DNA of 46,840 nt, taken from assembly GCA_030532315.1 (NCBI GenBank), contig JAUNLI010000002.1, positions 1 through 46,840 on the forward strand, read 5' to 3'. The stretch comes from Slackia sp. GTDB lineage: Bacteria; Actinomycetota; Coriobacteriia; Coriobacteriales; Eggerthellaceae. A program made the position numbers and the translations under genes. Below, piece by piece: positions 46,701 to 46,840 of the stretch. The notes under the pieces were generated by a model that was not told the DNA's origin, did no database searches, and was given only the letters and a program-made list of their open reading frames with translations. The stretch's first letter is position 1. Each line of letters begins with the position of its first letter.

Positions 46701-46840
46701 TGAAACCCCTCTCGTATCATGCAGGCCCGCAGCATGTACGCCCACGGACGAAGCATTGCCTTTGCATACCATCCCATAATGACAAAGCGGGCAAAGCCGA
46801 TTGTTTCAGAACGAAAAAATCGCACGGAATCAGCAGGGCG

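Overview
GC-rich window, probably from a Coriobacteriia/Eggerthellaceae-like actinobacterium (inferred from gene content and codon style). Most of it is housekeeping and envelope genes: an OmpR/HisKA two-component pair, M18 aminopeptidase, purB, two trkA, two PspC-domain genes, CNNM and HlyIII membrane proteins, a YdbS/YdbT PH-domain pair, murE, asnB, a D-Asp-ligase-like ATP-grasp gene, yqeY, cydAB, an hsmA-like gene with TetR, and nagA/nagB. Unusual structure beyond the ORF track: (1) two AAA_14/DUF4143 ATPase-nuclease genes, each preceded by its own triplet of exactly phased repeats (40-bp and 33-bp periods). (2) Two unannotated small hydrophobic-peptide loci sharing a type I toxin-antitoxin-like design: a hairpin-sequestered SD, a convergent sRNA, and a G:U-tolerant 5'/3' fold-back onto the anti-SD. 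(3) An accessory block between asnB and the ATP-grasp ligase, divided by three direct copies of a terminator-containing repeat into modules carrying SLH surface proteins, an AbiF/Abi_2 HEPN gene with a structured leader, BrnTA and one of the type I TA-like loci. No rRNA, tRNA, CRISPR array, integrase or transposase was seen. Family assignments come from motif recognition by eye, not database searches.
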